This document shows, piece after piece, positions 18,958-28,685 of a stretch of 64,000 nucleotides of DNA. The first letter of the stretch is position 1. Each line of letters opens with the position of its first letter. Location: the NCBI GenBank assembly GCA_016186955.1, contig JACPKP010000009.1, forward strand, positions 24,463 to 88,462, read 5' to 3'. Under the pieces are notes generated by a model. The model made no database searches and was not told the DNA's origin. It worked only from the letters and a program-made list of their open reading frames with translations. Made by a program: the position numbers and the translations under genes. This DNA is from Candidatus Daviesbacteria bacterium (lineage in GTDB: Bacteria > Patescibacteriota > Microgenomatia > Daviesbacterales > UBA10151).

Positions 18958-20511
18958 ATGAAAAATTTTGATCAAAAGGCTTTTATCCATGCCCCGTTGT
19001 TGCTTCTTCTGGCCGCCTTTGGGTTAATCACTTTTCTTTTATTTACCTTTAACTCATCTTTTAAAAATGGCCTGTTTTCTTATCTTTTCCCAAAACCACC
19101 CTCCCATGCTGCTACTGCTGTAGATGTAACTTCCCAACTTGAAAATTTAGGTAATCCCTTCACTGCGAAACCCACCTATGCCAGGAATGTTTGGGATATG
19201 CAAAACTTTAATGGAAAAATCTATTTAGGGCATGGGGATTTTAATAGCAATGCCGGGCCGATTGATGTTTTCTATTATGATCCAAGCTCCTCAACCTTCT
19301 TGAAACAAGCTACTTCAGGCAATAGTTGTGGTTCAACATGTGTGGATGAGGAGCAGCTTGGGATATATCACATTTTTAACAATACCCTTTATACTCCTGG
19401 GATTGACCCAAGAGGATCAGTTCCTGCCGGCAATTTCTACCGCATAGAAAATGGTTCTTTAACCAAGCACAATACCATTTCTCCTTTAAATCTTCACACT
19501 TATGATATTTATAAATTTGGAACTGCTCTTTTTGCTGCAGGTTATGGCACCAACACTTCCCAAGGATTAGCAATTTCTACTAATGATGGTGTCAGCTGGA
19601 CAGCGCCCGCTTATGGCAATGAAAACACTACTGATGGTGGTTCCTCCACCTATAAAGGCGGCGCTAATAACTTTTTTGAGATTGGAGGAAAATTATATGT
19701 CGCAGGTACCTTTTACAGACAAGGCCAGGATACCAGTGGCAACTGGTGGCAACACTTTATAAATATTGCCCGTTTCGACGGAGGGAATCTTTTTACCATA
19801 GTTAACTGGGACGCTGCTAAGGCCATGTTTCCTGGCTTTCAGGGCACTTCAGTTGTGGCTGGAACACCTTCGCTTACTATTACCGGCAACTTAATCCTTA
19901 CAAGATGGGTAAATTTCAATAACCAACTTGTCTATATTGGCGAGGATAGCGGTGTGCCAAAAGCCTTATTTAAAGCTGCCACTTTTGGTACAGGCCAGGT
20001 TATCACTTTGCCTGATAACGCCCTGCCCAGGGATATTTTAGTTTCAGGAGGAACTGTCTATGTTTTAGCGTCAACTGGATCAGGCTCCACTTATACTAAC
20101 TATGTTTTTTCTTCAACTGATTTAAATACCTGGGATGAGGTTTTGCATTTTGGTTCAGATACTTTTGCCAGATCTTTTGAGATGTTAAATGGGGACTTTT
20201 ACTTTGGCCTAGGGACTGACTCAACTACCTCCCCTTCTCCCTCAACAGGTAATATTTTAAGGGTAAAACAAGCTGCTTATCAACCGCCACCTTCACCTTC
20301 TGCACCTATCTCAGAGCCAATTACCCCTTCGCCAACCCCTACCCCAGGCCCCAAGCAAGGGGATATCAATGGGGATAACAAGGTGGATATAATTGACTTA
20401 TCAGTACTTTTGTCTAACTGGCTTGGCACAGATACCAGCTCTGATATAAACAAGGATGGCAAGGTTGGTATTATTGATCTATCAATACTTCTATCCAACT
20501 GGCTAAAGTAA
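18958..20511 (+). CDS. Secreted protein with a C-terminal dockerin (two DINGDNKVDIIDLSVL / DINKDGKVGIIDLSIL repeats)
   Basis: Conserved N-terminal leader. The body may be a beta-propeller or lectin-like domain. Dockerin type I-like repeats at the C-terminus. Confidence 0.6.
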   Translation: MKNFDQKAFIHAPLLLLLAAFGLITFLLFTFNSSFKNGLFSYLFPKPPSHAATAVDVTSQLENLGNPFTAKPTYARNVWDMQNFNGKIYLGHGDFNSNAGPIDVFYYDPSSSTFLKQATSGNSCGSTCVDEEQLGIYHIFNNTLYTPGIDPRGSVPAGNFYRIENGSLTKHNTISPLNLHTYDIYKFGTALFAAGYGTNTSQGLAISTNDGVSWTAPAYGNENTTDGGSSTYKGGANNFFEIGGKLYVAGTFYRQGQDTSGNWWQHFINIARFDGGNLFTIVNWDAAKAMFPGFQGTSVVAGTPSLTITGNLILTRWVNFNNQLVYIGEDSGVPKALFKAATFGTGQVITLPDNALPRDILVSGGTVYVLASTGSGSTYTNYVFSSTDLNTWDEVLHFGSDTFARSFEMLNGDFYFGLGTDSTTSPSPSTGNILRVKQAAYQPPPSPSAPISEPITPSPTPTPGPKQGDINGDNKVDIIDLSVLLSNWLGTDTSSDINKDGKVGIIDLSILLSNWLK

Positions 20512-20523
20512 TATACTGGTTAT

Positions 20524-21084
20524 ATGCCCAGGAATTTAAACTCCAAAGGGATAATACACCTTAGCATACCAATACTACTTGCTATAGTTGGTGTGATAGT
20601 TTTTTTGCTGTTTTCATCAAGCGCATCTTTTAAAAACAAACTATTTTCCTCGCTTTTCCCTAAATTACCTGGTTTTGCAGCAACAGGTGCAATTTCCAAT
20701 ATTACAGACAATAGTGCTTCTTATCCCAATGGACAAATTCCAAAGTATGAAAAATATGAAGTTACCTTTGATGTGGCGACCAATGCTTCCAACCCCCAGC
20801 TGCCTTATGATCCTGCCCCTCCACCAGGCATGCAAGCTGGAGTAGGAGTGACAGTTAATGGAGAATTTTCCCAGGATAACTTTACTACCAAAACGGTTAT
20901 TCCTGCTTTTTACTATCAAAATTTTGACTACCAGGTTAAAAGTAACCGGGAATGGTTTTATCCTACCTCCAATTATTCCTGGAAGTTAAGGTTTGCACCG
21001 GATAAAGAAGGAACCTGGCAATACAGAATTACCGCCCAAGATAGCTCCGGAACTTCTACTTCCGGGCCCAAACCTTTACAGTAA
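20524..21084 (+). CDS. N-terminal fragment (leader plus 130 aa) of a dockerin-containing glycoside hydrolase, separated from the rest by a frameshift
   Basis: Has the same leader as the 18958 and 23481 proteins. The reading frame of the downstream ORF opens at 21045, overlapping this ORF's 3' end in a different frame. Confidence 0.5.
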   Translation: MPRNLNSKGIIHLSIPILLAIVGVIVFLLFSSSASFKNKLFSSLFPKLPGFAATGAISNITDNSASYPNGQIPKYEKYEVTFDVATNASNPQLPYDPAPPPGMQAGVGVTVNGEFSQDNFTTKTVIPAFYYQNFDYQVKSNREWFYPTSNYSWKLRFAPDKEGTWQYRITAQDSSGTSTSGPKPLQ

Positions 21085-21185
21085 CCCCAAATTCTACCAA
21101 CCATGGTTTTGTTAAGGTTTCCAAAAAAGACCCCAGGTATTTTGAATATGATGACGGAACTTATTTTCCAGCTCAAGGCTACAAC

Positions 21186-23468
21186 ATGACTTGGGGAGAA
21201 ATTAGCTGGGATAATCCGGTTTTATTCAATCAGGCTAATTTCCAGAAAATGGGCCAAAATGGAGTTCAGCTTATTAGAAACTGGCTATCAGATTGGGGTA
21301 TTTTTGCTTCTGATGACCAGCCTTGGACTGGTGTTTCAGGCAATGCTGCCAACAATCCGGGGGTTAGGGTGCCTTATATTCCTCCCGCAACATCTCCTAC
21401 AGTGGTACCGCCTTTTGGCAGTTCAGATGTCGAGTTTCAGATTCAACATTACTACAATCCATGTAACTTTTATGGAGGGTGGCATGATGGCCAAGGCCCG
21501 GCTGTCAAGACCAACACTAAATACCGTGTTTTTATTAGATACTTAATTCCCCAAGCTTTGCCACAAGCTGTAGATACTACTAAACCGTCTGGTTTGGTAG
21601 CTAAAGTCTCAGGCTGGCTAGATGCACCTTTGACCAATCCAAACAATAACTGTGCCAAGGCTGGTTCAGGAACAGATATAACACCTCATGTAACTCAGGT
21701 ATCCAGCAAAGATGCAAACGGGAATTGGCAATGGCAGATTTTAGAGGGAACAATCGATCCTAGCTTAATTGGTACTAAAAACTTTTTAGGTAGGATTTAT
21801 CTTTCCATGGATAATATAGATCATCTCACCGTTCCTGCTCCAGGTGTAGGTGAAATAATTTGGGTGGATAGGATTGAAATTAGAGAGGATTTGGGTGACA
21901 ACTTATGCGCGGCTGCCTCAGGTTCAGGAGCCCCGTTTGATTTGAGTAATGGGAAATGCGGCACCAACATTATGACTGCTCCCTGGTCTTCCTACAACCA
22001 GTATTACAACCAAAGGTTTTCCTTATCATTTGATAAAGCTTTAGAACTGGCCCACCAAAATAATGTTTATTTGAAACTGGTAATTTTGGAGAAAAATGAA
22101 TATATCCAAAACCATATTGATTATTTAGGCAGAGGTATTTTGGATAACCAGACGGGTTGCCTTCAACCCTATGGGGTAGTAGAGTGTCCAAATAACAATT
22201 GGTTTTATGGTAATTGGCGGAGTGTGACTAAGACCAGATGGCTTCAGCAAGCCTACTGGAGATATCTTCAGGCCAGGTGGGGTTATTCAACTAATGTTCA
22301 CTCCTGGGAACTTATTAATGAAGGAGATCCATTTAGTGGTTTGCACTACACCTTGGCAGATGAGCTGGGAAAATATATGCATCAATTTGGGCCAAATGCC
22401 CATTTAGTTACCACCTCTAATTGGAACAGTTTTCCGGAAGGGACAAACCAACTTTGGGGCAACCCAAGTTTCCCAAACTTGGATTATACAGATGTTCATC
22501 ATTATATGATTAAAGGCCAAAATGGTTCTGTTAGGACTGATAAGAAATTTATGGGAGATAGCGTTACAGCCTTTCTGGCTCCGGATTGGTTTGACTCAGC
22601 TTCAGCGGTCAACAGAGTAAGCCAGGTCTTAAGCCCTCTTGGTATATATGGTGTTGGTAAACCCATTATGAGAGGAGAAACCGGCTTTGTGACTGGTAAT
22701 AGTGATGGCTGGAACAATGAAATTCAAAACGATACTAGTGGAGTTTGGCTTCATAAGTTTGTTTGGGCGGGGATTAATTCAGGGGGACTGATAGAAAGCT
22801 ATTGGTATAGCAAGCAACATATCAACCCATCGCCGACTAAGGATTTTACGCCGGAATTTGGCAAATATTACAACTTTATTAAAGATATCCCTTTAAGTAA
22901 TGGTAATTATCGGGAAGCCTCTGCTTCTGCCTCAGATACTAATTTGAGGGCTTGGGGGCAGAAAGACACAGTTAATAAAAGGGCGCATCTTTGGATAGAT
23001 AATAAAACCCATACCTGGGGTAATGTAGTTTATGCTACTCCATCTGCAACCATTGCTTCTGGAACTACGATAACTCTGCCTAATATGCCACAAGGCTCAT
23101 ACCCTATTTCCTGGATAGATACTTATGCTTCTCCCTCTGCCGCTTTAGTTAAAACAGAAACAGTTAACGTAGATGCATCTGGTAATTTAGTTTTATCCCT
23201 CCCTCAAGCTTTAACTAAAGATGTAGCTGTAAAAATTGGGGATTACTTTTCTCCGGCTCCTAACCCCTCTCTCAGCCCTTCTCCTATACCAACCCCTACC
23301 CCAGGTTCCAAGCAGGGAGATATCAATGGGGATAACAAGGTGGATATAATTGACTTATCAGTACTACTGTCCCATTGGCTTGGCACAGATACCAGCTCTG
23401 ATATAAACAAGGATGGCAAGGTTGGTATTATTGATCTATCAATACTTCTATCCAACTGGCTAAAGTAA
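21186..23468 (+). CDS. Glycoside hydrolase, clan GH-A (GH5/GH26-like), with a C-terminal dockerin; frame open from 21045
   Basis: WELINEGDP (acid/base NEP-like) and IMRGETGFV (nucleophile GE.G) motifs. C-terminal dockerin repeats identical to those of the 18958 protein. Confidence 0.6.
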   Translation: MTWGEISWDNPVLFNQANFQKMGQNGVQLIRNWLSDWGIFASDDQPWTGVSGNAANNPGVRVPYIPPATSPTVVPPFGSSDVEFQIQHYYNPCNFYGGWHDGQGPAVKTNTKYRVFIRYLIPQALPQAVDTTKPSGLVAKVSGWLDAPLTNPNNNCAKAGSGTDITPHVTQVSSKDANGNWQWQILEGTIDPSLIGTKNFLGRIYLSMDNIDHLTVPAPGVGEIIWVDRIEIREDLGDNLCAAASGSGAPFDLSNGKCGTNIMTAPWSSYNQYYNQRFSLSFDKALELAHQNNVYLKLVILEKNEYIQNHIDYLGRGILDNQTGCLQPYGVVECPNNNWFYGNWRSVTKTRWLQQAYWRYLQARWGYSTNVHSWELINEGDPFSGLHYTLADELGKYMHQFGPNAHLVTTSNWNSFPEGTNQLWGNPSFPNLDYTDVHHYMIKGQNGSVRTDKKFMGDSVTAFLAPDWFDSASAVNRVSQVLSPLGIYGVGKPIMRGETGFVTGNSDGWNNEIQNDTSGVWLHKFVWAGINSGGLIESYWYSKQHINPSPTKDFTPEFGKYYNFIKDIPLSNGNYREASASASDTNLRAWGQKDTVNKRAHLWIDNKTHTWGNVVYATPSATIASGTTITLPNMPQGSYPISWIDTYASPSAALVKTETVNVDASGNLVLSLPQALTKDVAVKIGDYFSPAPNPSLSPSPIPTPTPGSKQGDINGDNKVDIIDLSVLLSHWLGTDTSSDINKDGKVGIIDLSILLSNWLK

Positions 23469-23480
23469 TATACTGGTTAT

Positions 23481-25475
23481 ATGCCCAGAAATTTAAACTC
23501 CAGAGGGATAGCCCATCCAGCCATACTTATTTTCCTGGCTGTTGTGGGGATTCTTTTATTTTTGTTTATCACCTCAAGCGCATCTTTTAAAAACAATCTA
23601 TTCTCCTACCTCTTTCCTAAACCTAAATCTCAGGCTGCTACCACAAACCCCTGGGTCTCAGCTTACTATTTAGGTTATTTCTGGGACTGGATTTCAGACC
23701 CCACCCAAGCTGTTAATGCTGTGGATATGTCCACCATGACCCATCTGATCTTTGCCAGGTATGCCCCTGGATCAGGGTCAATGGGTGGAAGCGCAGGGCA
23801 GTTAATGAATGGTGCAGGTACAGGACATACAGCAGTTGAGGACCCTTTAATTGCCAAAGCCCACTCAAACAATGTCAAGGCTATCTTGATGATTGGCGGG
23901 GTGGGTGACGGAGGAGGCTTTGTGGCATCAACAGCCAATCCCACAATCCGGGCCACCTTTATCAGTAACATCTTAAATAAAGCTGTTGCAAAAAACTATG
24001 ATGGGGTGGATATTGACTGGGAAGACAGTCTTGATAATACAACCCAGCAAAACCAGCTGATTGCATTTCTAACAGAGCTAAGAACTGCTGCCAACAGTAG
24101 GCCCAGATACCAAACCCCTAACCAGCCGTTTATTATTACCTTTCCGGGGTTCTGGGCTAATTCTAATTTTGATACAGTCCAACCTGCCTGGAAAGTAACT
24201 GTGGCTAATTTAGTTGATCAATACAACTTAATGAGTTATGACATGATGTGGTGTTGTGATGGTTGGCAAACCTGGTTTTGGGCAGCGTTAAAAGGAGAAG
24301 CGCCTACTCATCCTACATCTTTAGAACATTCCATTCAAACGTATGTCAACGCCGGAGTTCCAAGAAGCAAATTAGGAATAGGTATAGGGTTATATGGCGG
24401 AGGCTGGAGAGCACCAGTGAATGGCCCAAGACAGGATCCTGGTACTGCTCAGGATTGGGGTGGAGATGATACCAATGATACTTATGCAGAGTTTTATAAA
24501 ACAGGAATGTTTGACCCTGCCTCTTTTTATTGGGATAGTGCTGCTCAGGTTGGGTATTATTCCTATAACCCGCCCAAAAGCTATCATGGCAATACTGTTT
24601 CATACCTTACTACTGAAGATGATCGGACAATTGCATCACAAGGAGCCTGGGTGAGGGCAGGTAATGCCGCAGGAACTATAGTTTGGGGTATTAATTATGG
24701 TGATGTTACCCCAACCAGTAATCCTGCTATGCAGGCTATTAAGCAGGCTTTCTTAAACCCAAATGCGACCCCAATTCCTACTCCCACAACCGGTCCAACT
24801 CCGCCTCCGCTTCCTTCGCCTACTCCTACCCCAACACCTACACCACTACCGTCAGGGATAATTAACATAGGTGAGACTAATATTTTAACTATTCCTGACA
24901 ACGGCAACGCTAATCTTTTAATTGCCCAACAAACTACGCTAGCCCAAACTGCCACAATACAATCTTTGTCCTTCTATGTTACTAATGCAGCAGGCAATCT
25001 GCGTTTGGGAATCTATGATGCTACAGGACCTGGAGGAGGGCCTGGTGCTAAAAAAGCTGAATCAAATTCATTTACCCCTATTGTTGGCTGGAACACTGCG
25101 AATGTAATATCTCCGGCATTACTTCCAGCGGGGACATATTGGCTGGCATATTTACCCAGTGATGGTAATTTAACTTTTGTCAAAGACTATCCAGGAGCTG
25201 CTGCATACTATTCATATAACTTTGGAGTTATGCCAACAACTTTCTCCACTGCTCCCAATACTGAAGGAGTCCACTGGTCACTCTATGCCACTTTTAACAG
25301 CGCTACTGTGCCTACTTTGCCAGGTGATTTAAATGGAGATAACAAGGTGGATATAATTGACTTATCAGTACTGCTGTCCCATTGGCTTGGCACAGATGCC
25401 GGCTCTGATATAAGCAAAGACGGTAAAGTTAATATTGTAGACTTGTCAATACTTCTATCTAACTGGCTGAAATAA
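23481..25475 (+). CDS. Glycoside hydrolase family 18-like (chitinase-like) protein with a PT linker, a beta-sandwich domain and a C-terminal dockerin
   Basis: YDGVDIDWE fits the GH18 DxxDxDxE catalytic motif. Has the N-terminal leader and C-terminal dockerin repeats. Confidence 0.65.
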   Translation: MPRNLNSRGIAHPAILIFLAVVGILLFLFITSSASFKNNLFSYLFPKPKSQAATTNPWVSAYYLGYFWDWISDPTQAVNAVDMSTMTHLIFARYAPGSGSMGGSAGQLMNGAGTGHTAVEDPLIAKAHSNNVKAILMIGGVGDGGGFVASTANPTIRATFISNILNKAVAKNYDGVDIDWEDSLDNTTQQNQLIAFLTELRTAANSRPRYQTPNQPFIITFPGFWANSNFDTVQPAWKVTVANLVDQYNLMSYDMMWCCDGWQTWFWAALKGEAPTHPTSLEHSIQTYVNAGVPRSKLGIGIGLYGGGWRAPVNGPRQDPGTAQDWGGDDTNDTYAEFYKTGMFDPASFYWDSAAQVGYYSYNPPKSYHGNTVSYLTTEDDRTIASQGAWVRAGNAAGTIVWGINYGDVTPTSNPAMQAIKQAFLNPNATPIPTPTTGPTPPPLPSPTPTPTPTPLPSGIINIGETNILTIPDNGNANLLIAQQTTLAQTATIQSLSFYVTNAAGNLRLGIYDATGPGGGPGAKKAESNSFTPIVGWNTANVISPALLPAGTYWLAYLPSDGNLTFVKDYPGAAAYYSYNFGVMPTTFSTAPNTEGVHWSLYATFNSATVPTLPGDLNGDNKVDIIDLSVLLSHWLGTDAGSDISKDGKVNIVDLSILLSNWLK

Positions 25476-25477
25476 CT

Positions 25478-26146
25478 ATGCGATCTGATAAATATTACCA
25501 GAAAGGTATTGTGCCGGTAGCAATAATTCCTCCTGCCCTTTTTCTGACAATAATCACAACAATCCTCGTTTTGGTTATTTTGCGTGGCGGCCTAAGACAG
25601 AATACAAATTTTAATCCGGATAAAAAAGATAAAATTGTTTCCGACGAAGCAACACCGTCTGCCGGTTCTATAACGGACGTTGATGTTAAAAACGATAACA
25701 GTATAGAATCACAACCGGAAGAAACATTATCCTCTGCGGCTTTTTTGCTTGAAGCAAAAAACAAATACCAAGCGGATGAGGAATTTTCTGTAAAAGTATT
25801 GGCGCGTTCTAAAAATGATGCATCCAACCTTTTTGTTGCAGAGCTTAACTTTTCAAAAGATATTTTCAAGGTGAAGGGAATTAACACAGGCGACAGTTTT
25901 GTCCGGTTTTGGGCGGATAATTTTTTTGACAATGAAACAGGAAAGATTAATTTAGTTGGGGGAATACCTAATCCCGGATTTAAAACACAGGGAAAAGGTG
26001 GTTTACTGGCTGTAATAATTTTTAAGCCAAAAAAGACCGGTGAAGGGTCTATCTCTTTTGATAAGAACTCAGCAATTTTTAGGAATTCAGACAACAAAGA
26101 TATTTTAGAAGAAAAAAGCGGGATACAAATTACAATTACTGAATAA
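25478..26146 (+). CDS. Membrane-anchored cohesin-like domain protein
   Basis: N-terminal TM helix. Its domain resembles the cohesin-like repeats of ORF 17237 (FKVKGINTGDSFVRFWADNFFDNETGKINLVGGIPNPGFKT...). Confidence 0.5.
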   Translation: MRSDKYYQKGIVPVAIIPPALFLTIITTILVLVILRGGLRQNTNFNPDKKDKIVSDEATPSAGSITDVDVKNDNSIESQPEETLSSAAFLLEAKNKYQADEEFSVKVLARSKNDASNLFVAELNFSKDIFKVKGINTGDSFVRFWADNFFDNETGKINLVGGIPNPGFKTQGKGGLLAVIIFKPKKTGEGSISFDKNSAIFRNSDNKDILEEKSGIQITITE

Positions 26147-26210
26147 CAAAGCATTTTTCATCCTTGATTATTCATATGCAGAAAAATTATTATACTTGTA
26201 ATAAGTTCCG

Positions 26211-27797
26211 ATGCACAAAGAATGGAAAATACTCCCCAAAAAATCCGACGGTTTAACCGAACAGTTTCTTTCAAACAGGGGGATTGGCACAGGGCAGGCA
26301 AGGGAAGAATTTTTTAAGCCCGCCCTGGAAAATTATCAGCAAGCCCTGGAAATCCCCGGTATCAAAAAAGCCCAGGATAGGATTAAAAAAGCAATTGAGA
26401 AAAATGAGTTGATTATTATTTATGGCGATTATGATGTTGACGGTATTTGTGCTTCAGCCATCCTTTATAAAGCTTTGACTTCAATCGGCGCAAAAGTTTT
26501 GCCCTATATTCCCCACAGGGAAAAGGAAGGTTACGGTTTATCTAGATTGGGGCTTGAGTCTGCCAAACAATCCGGCGCTTCCCTGGTTATCACGGTTGAT
26601 AATGGGATTGTAGCAATAGAGGAGGCAAAGTTTGCCAAAGAGAGTGGTTTGGATTTGATCATCACCGACCACCATCTGCCCCTTGATGAAAAACCGCAAG
26701 CTTACTCAATAGTCCATTCAACCAAAATGTGCGGGGCGGCAGTGGCTTGGTGTTTGGTCTGTGACCGGATCAGACAGGATCTAAAAAAGGATCTTTTGCA
26801 ATTTGTTGCAGTAGCAACTGTTTGTGATTTAATTCCTCTGGTTGGTTTGGGGAGGGCGTATGTTGTTGAAGGCTTAAAGATTTTAAACCAGACACAAAAT
26901 TTAGGATTTCTGGAACTTATTAAACAGTCCGGTATTGAATCCGGCCATATTGGCTCATACGAGATAGGTCATATCATTGGCCCGCGGATCAATGCAATAG
27001 GCAGACTGGAACATGCTATTGATGCCTTAAGATTACTTTGCACCAAAGATCCAGCCAAGGCAAAAAGTTTAGCAAAGCTCTTAAACGATAAAAATAGTGA
27101 AAGACAAAAACTGACTATTGATGGGGTGGAGCAGGCGAAAATTCTGGTGAATGGAAATGGCAATAAAAAAATTTACGTTCTCGATAGTAAAAATTGGTCC
27201 CCGGGAATCATTGGACTGATTGCAGCTAGGATTTGTGAAGAATATTACTGCCCGGCAATTGCCATCTCTGTTGGCCCAACCCACTCCAGGGGTTCAGCAC
27301 GTTCAATAAAGGGAATAAATATTGTTGGTTTAATCAGAGAGTGCTCGGATTTACTGGTGGGTATAGGAGGACACCCTGGGGCAGCAGGGTTCTCTATACT
27401 TAATGAAAATATCCCCCAATTTAGAAAAAGGCTGGAAGAGTTGGTGGAGAAGATACCCAAAACTGAAACTACTCTGGAGATTGAAGCGGAAATTCCTGTT
27501 GGTCAACTGACAAAAAGCTTGGTAAAGGAAATCGAAAAATTTGAGCCGTTTGGTTTTGGAAACCCTAGGCCTGTTTTGGTAACACGCGCAATGAGGATCT
27601 CAGAGATCCGGACTGTTGGCGGGGGTAAACATTTGAAGCTTAAGGCAGATGGGATAGACGCAATAGGTTTTGGTATGGGAGAAATGGAAAAAGATTTAAA
27701 ACAGGGGCAGCTTCTGGATGTGGCATACTACCTGGAAATTAATAAGTTTAATGGCTCAGAAACCCTGCAGCTTAAAGTAAAAGATGTGCTTTTTTGA
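26211..27797 (+). CDS. recJ: RecJ-like single-stranded DNA exonuclease (DHH/DHHA1)
   Basis: IIIYGDYDVDGICAS, DLIITDHH and the DHHA1 GIGGHPGAAG motifs. Confidence 0.7.
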   Translation: MHKEWKILPKKSDGLTEQFLSNRGIGTGQAREEFFKPALENYQQALEIPGIKKAQDRIKKAIEKNELIIIYGDYDVDGICASAILYKALTSIGAKVLPYIPHREKEGYGLSRLGLESAKQSGASLVITVDNGIVAIEEAKFAKESGLDLIITDHHLPLDEKPQAYSIVHSTKMCGAAVAWCLVCDRIRQDLKKDLLQFVAVATVCDLIPLVGLGRAYVVEGLKILNQTQNLGFLELIKQSGIESGHIGSYEIGHIIGPRINAIGRLEHAIDALRLLCTKDPAKAKSLAKLLNDKNSERQKLTIDGVEQAKILVNGNGNKKIYVLDSKNWSPGIIGLIAARICEEYYCPAIAISVGPTHSRGSARSIKGINIVGLIRECSDLLVGIGGHPGAAGFSILNENIPQFRKRLEELVEKIPKTETTLEIEAEIPVGQLTKSLVKEIEKFEPFGFGNPRPVLVTRAMRISEIRTVGGGKHLKLKADGIDAIGFGMGEMEKDLKQGQLLDVAYYLEINKFNGSETLQLKVKDVLF

Positions 27798-27895
27798 TCT
27801 GTCTTTTTGCAGCGGATGTCACTGCAAATTGTAGCCAATCTTTGCTTGGTTTTAAAGACCTGCATATGTAACTATTCAGTTTTTTCCAATCAAAC

Positions 27896-27966
27896 GTCAT
27901 CGCGAGGTCCGACGTACATCGGACCGTGGCGATCTAATAAGATTGCTTCGCTACGCTCGCAATGAC
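27896..27966. repeat. MITE-like palindromic element copy (about 71 bp), intergenic
   Basis: Termini GTCATCGCGAGG...CGCTCGCAATGAC. Internal perfect hairpin GGTCCGACGTACATCGGACC. Contains the GCTTCGCT core. Confidence 0.5.
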
Positions 27967-28006
27967 GAAACTGCTGGGAAGAACTGAACTCATACTCAAC
28001 AATGTA

Positions 28007-28035
28007 TTGATATACTAATCATTTCGTGCTATAAT
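28007..28035 (+). promoter_or_regulatory. Sigma70 promoter TTGATA-17-TATAAT giving a leaderless transcript for ORF 28042
   Basis: TTGATA at 28007-12 and TATAAT at 28030-35. The ATG lies 7 nt after the -10 box. Confidence 0.6.
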
Positions 28036-28041
28036 TTCCGC

Positions 28042-28512
28042 ATGACAGAATACGAATGCCCTCGTGCTAAACTGACTACCAATAAAATTGAGAAAATTCA
28101 GGGCAGCATTTCATTTAGAGTTTCCAAAGACCCAGCTGTGCTTGAAGTGGCAAAAATGGTAACGGCTGGAATATACGGACCACCTAGTCTACACCCTAGA
28201 TATGAAGCTTGGCTTGCTCGCTATGGGCAAAGAAAGACTGAAGAATTAATACATGATGCGGTTACGATTGCTGGTGCGTGTGATATTATACAGACTGATA
28301 TGGAGTTAGGGGGTGTAGGACTTTTTGGAGGTTTGTCAGAAAAAGGCTTAGCAGGAGATAAAAGCGAGTTTGTTTTTTATGAATGGTTAAGTCCGGAGGA
28401 TGGACAGCTGACTACTATAGTAACATCTGGTGAAGCTAGAGACATTGTAAATAGGAGAAAAAGGGTAATTGAATTTAGAAGGGCACCGCGATCTGAAAGT
28501 CTTCTGACTTAA
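28042..28512 (+). CDS. Hypothetical 156-aa protein (orphan, unknown function)
   Basis: Clean ORF with its own strong promoter and no Shine-Dalgarno sequence. No motif recognised. Confidence 0.5.
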   Translation: MTEYECPRAKLTTNKIEKIQGSISFRVSKDPAVLEVAKMVTAGIYGPPSLHPRYEAWLARYGQRKTEELIHDAVTIAGACDIIQTDMELGGVGLFGGLSEKGLAGDKSEFVFYEWLSPEDGQLTTIVTSGEARDIVNRRKRVIEFRRAPRSESLLT

Positions 28513-28685
28513 AATTCTTTTATTTGGGTATAAACAACACCATCAGTTTATTTTCGAACCAGAATACCTCTTAAAATACTGGCCATTAATACTGACAATG
28601 GCCCGGAATATTTACTTGCCTTTCATAAAAAAGGGGTCCTGAACAATGTATTGACTTAAGCGTTGGGAACTGGTAAAAAGGTTTT

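Noticed and set aside
25495-26154. 219-aa minus-strand ORF antisense to the cohesin-like gene 25478-26146
   Set aside because: It is completely nested antisense within a gene that carries a recognisable domain and a leader. The peptide is low-complexity, so it is likely a frame artefact.
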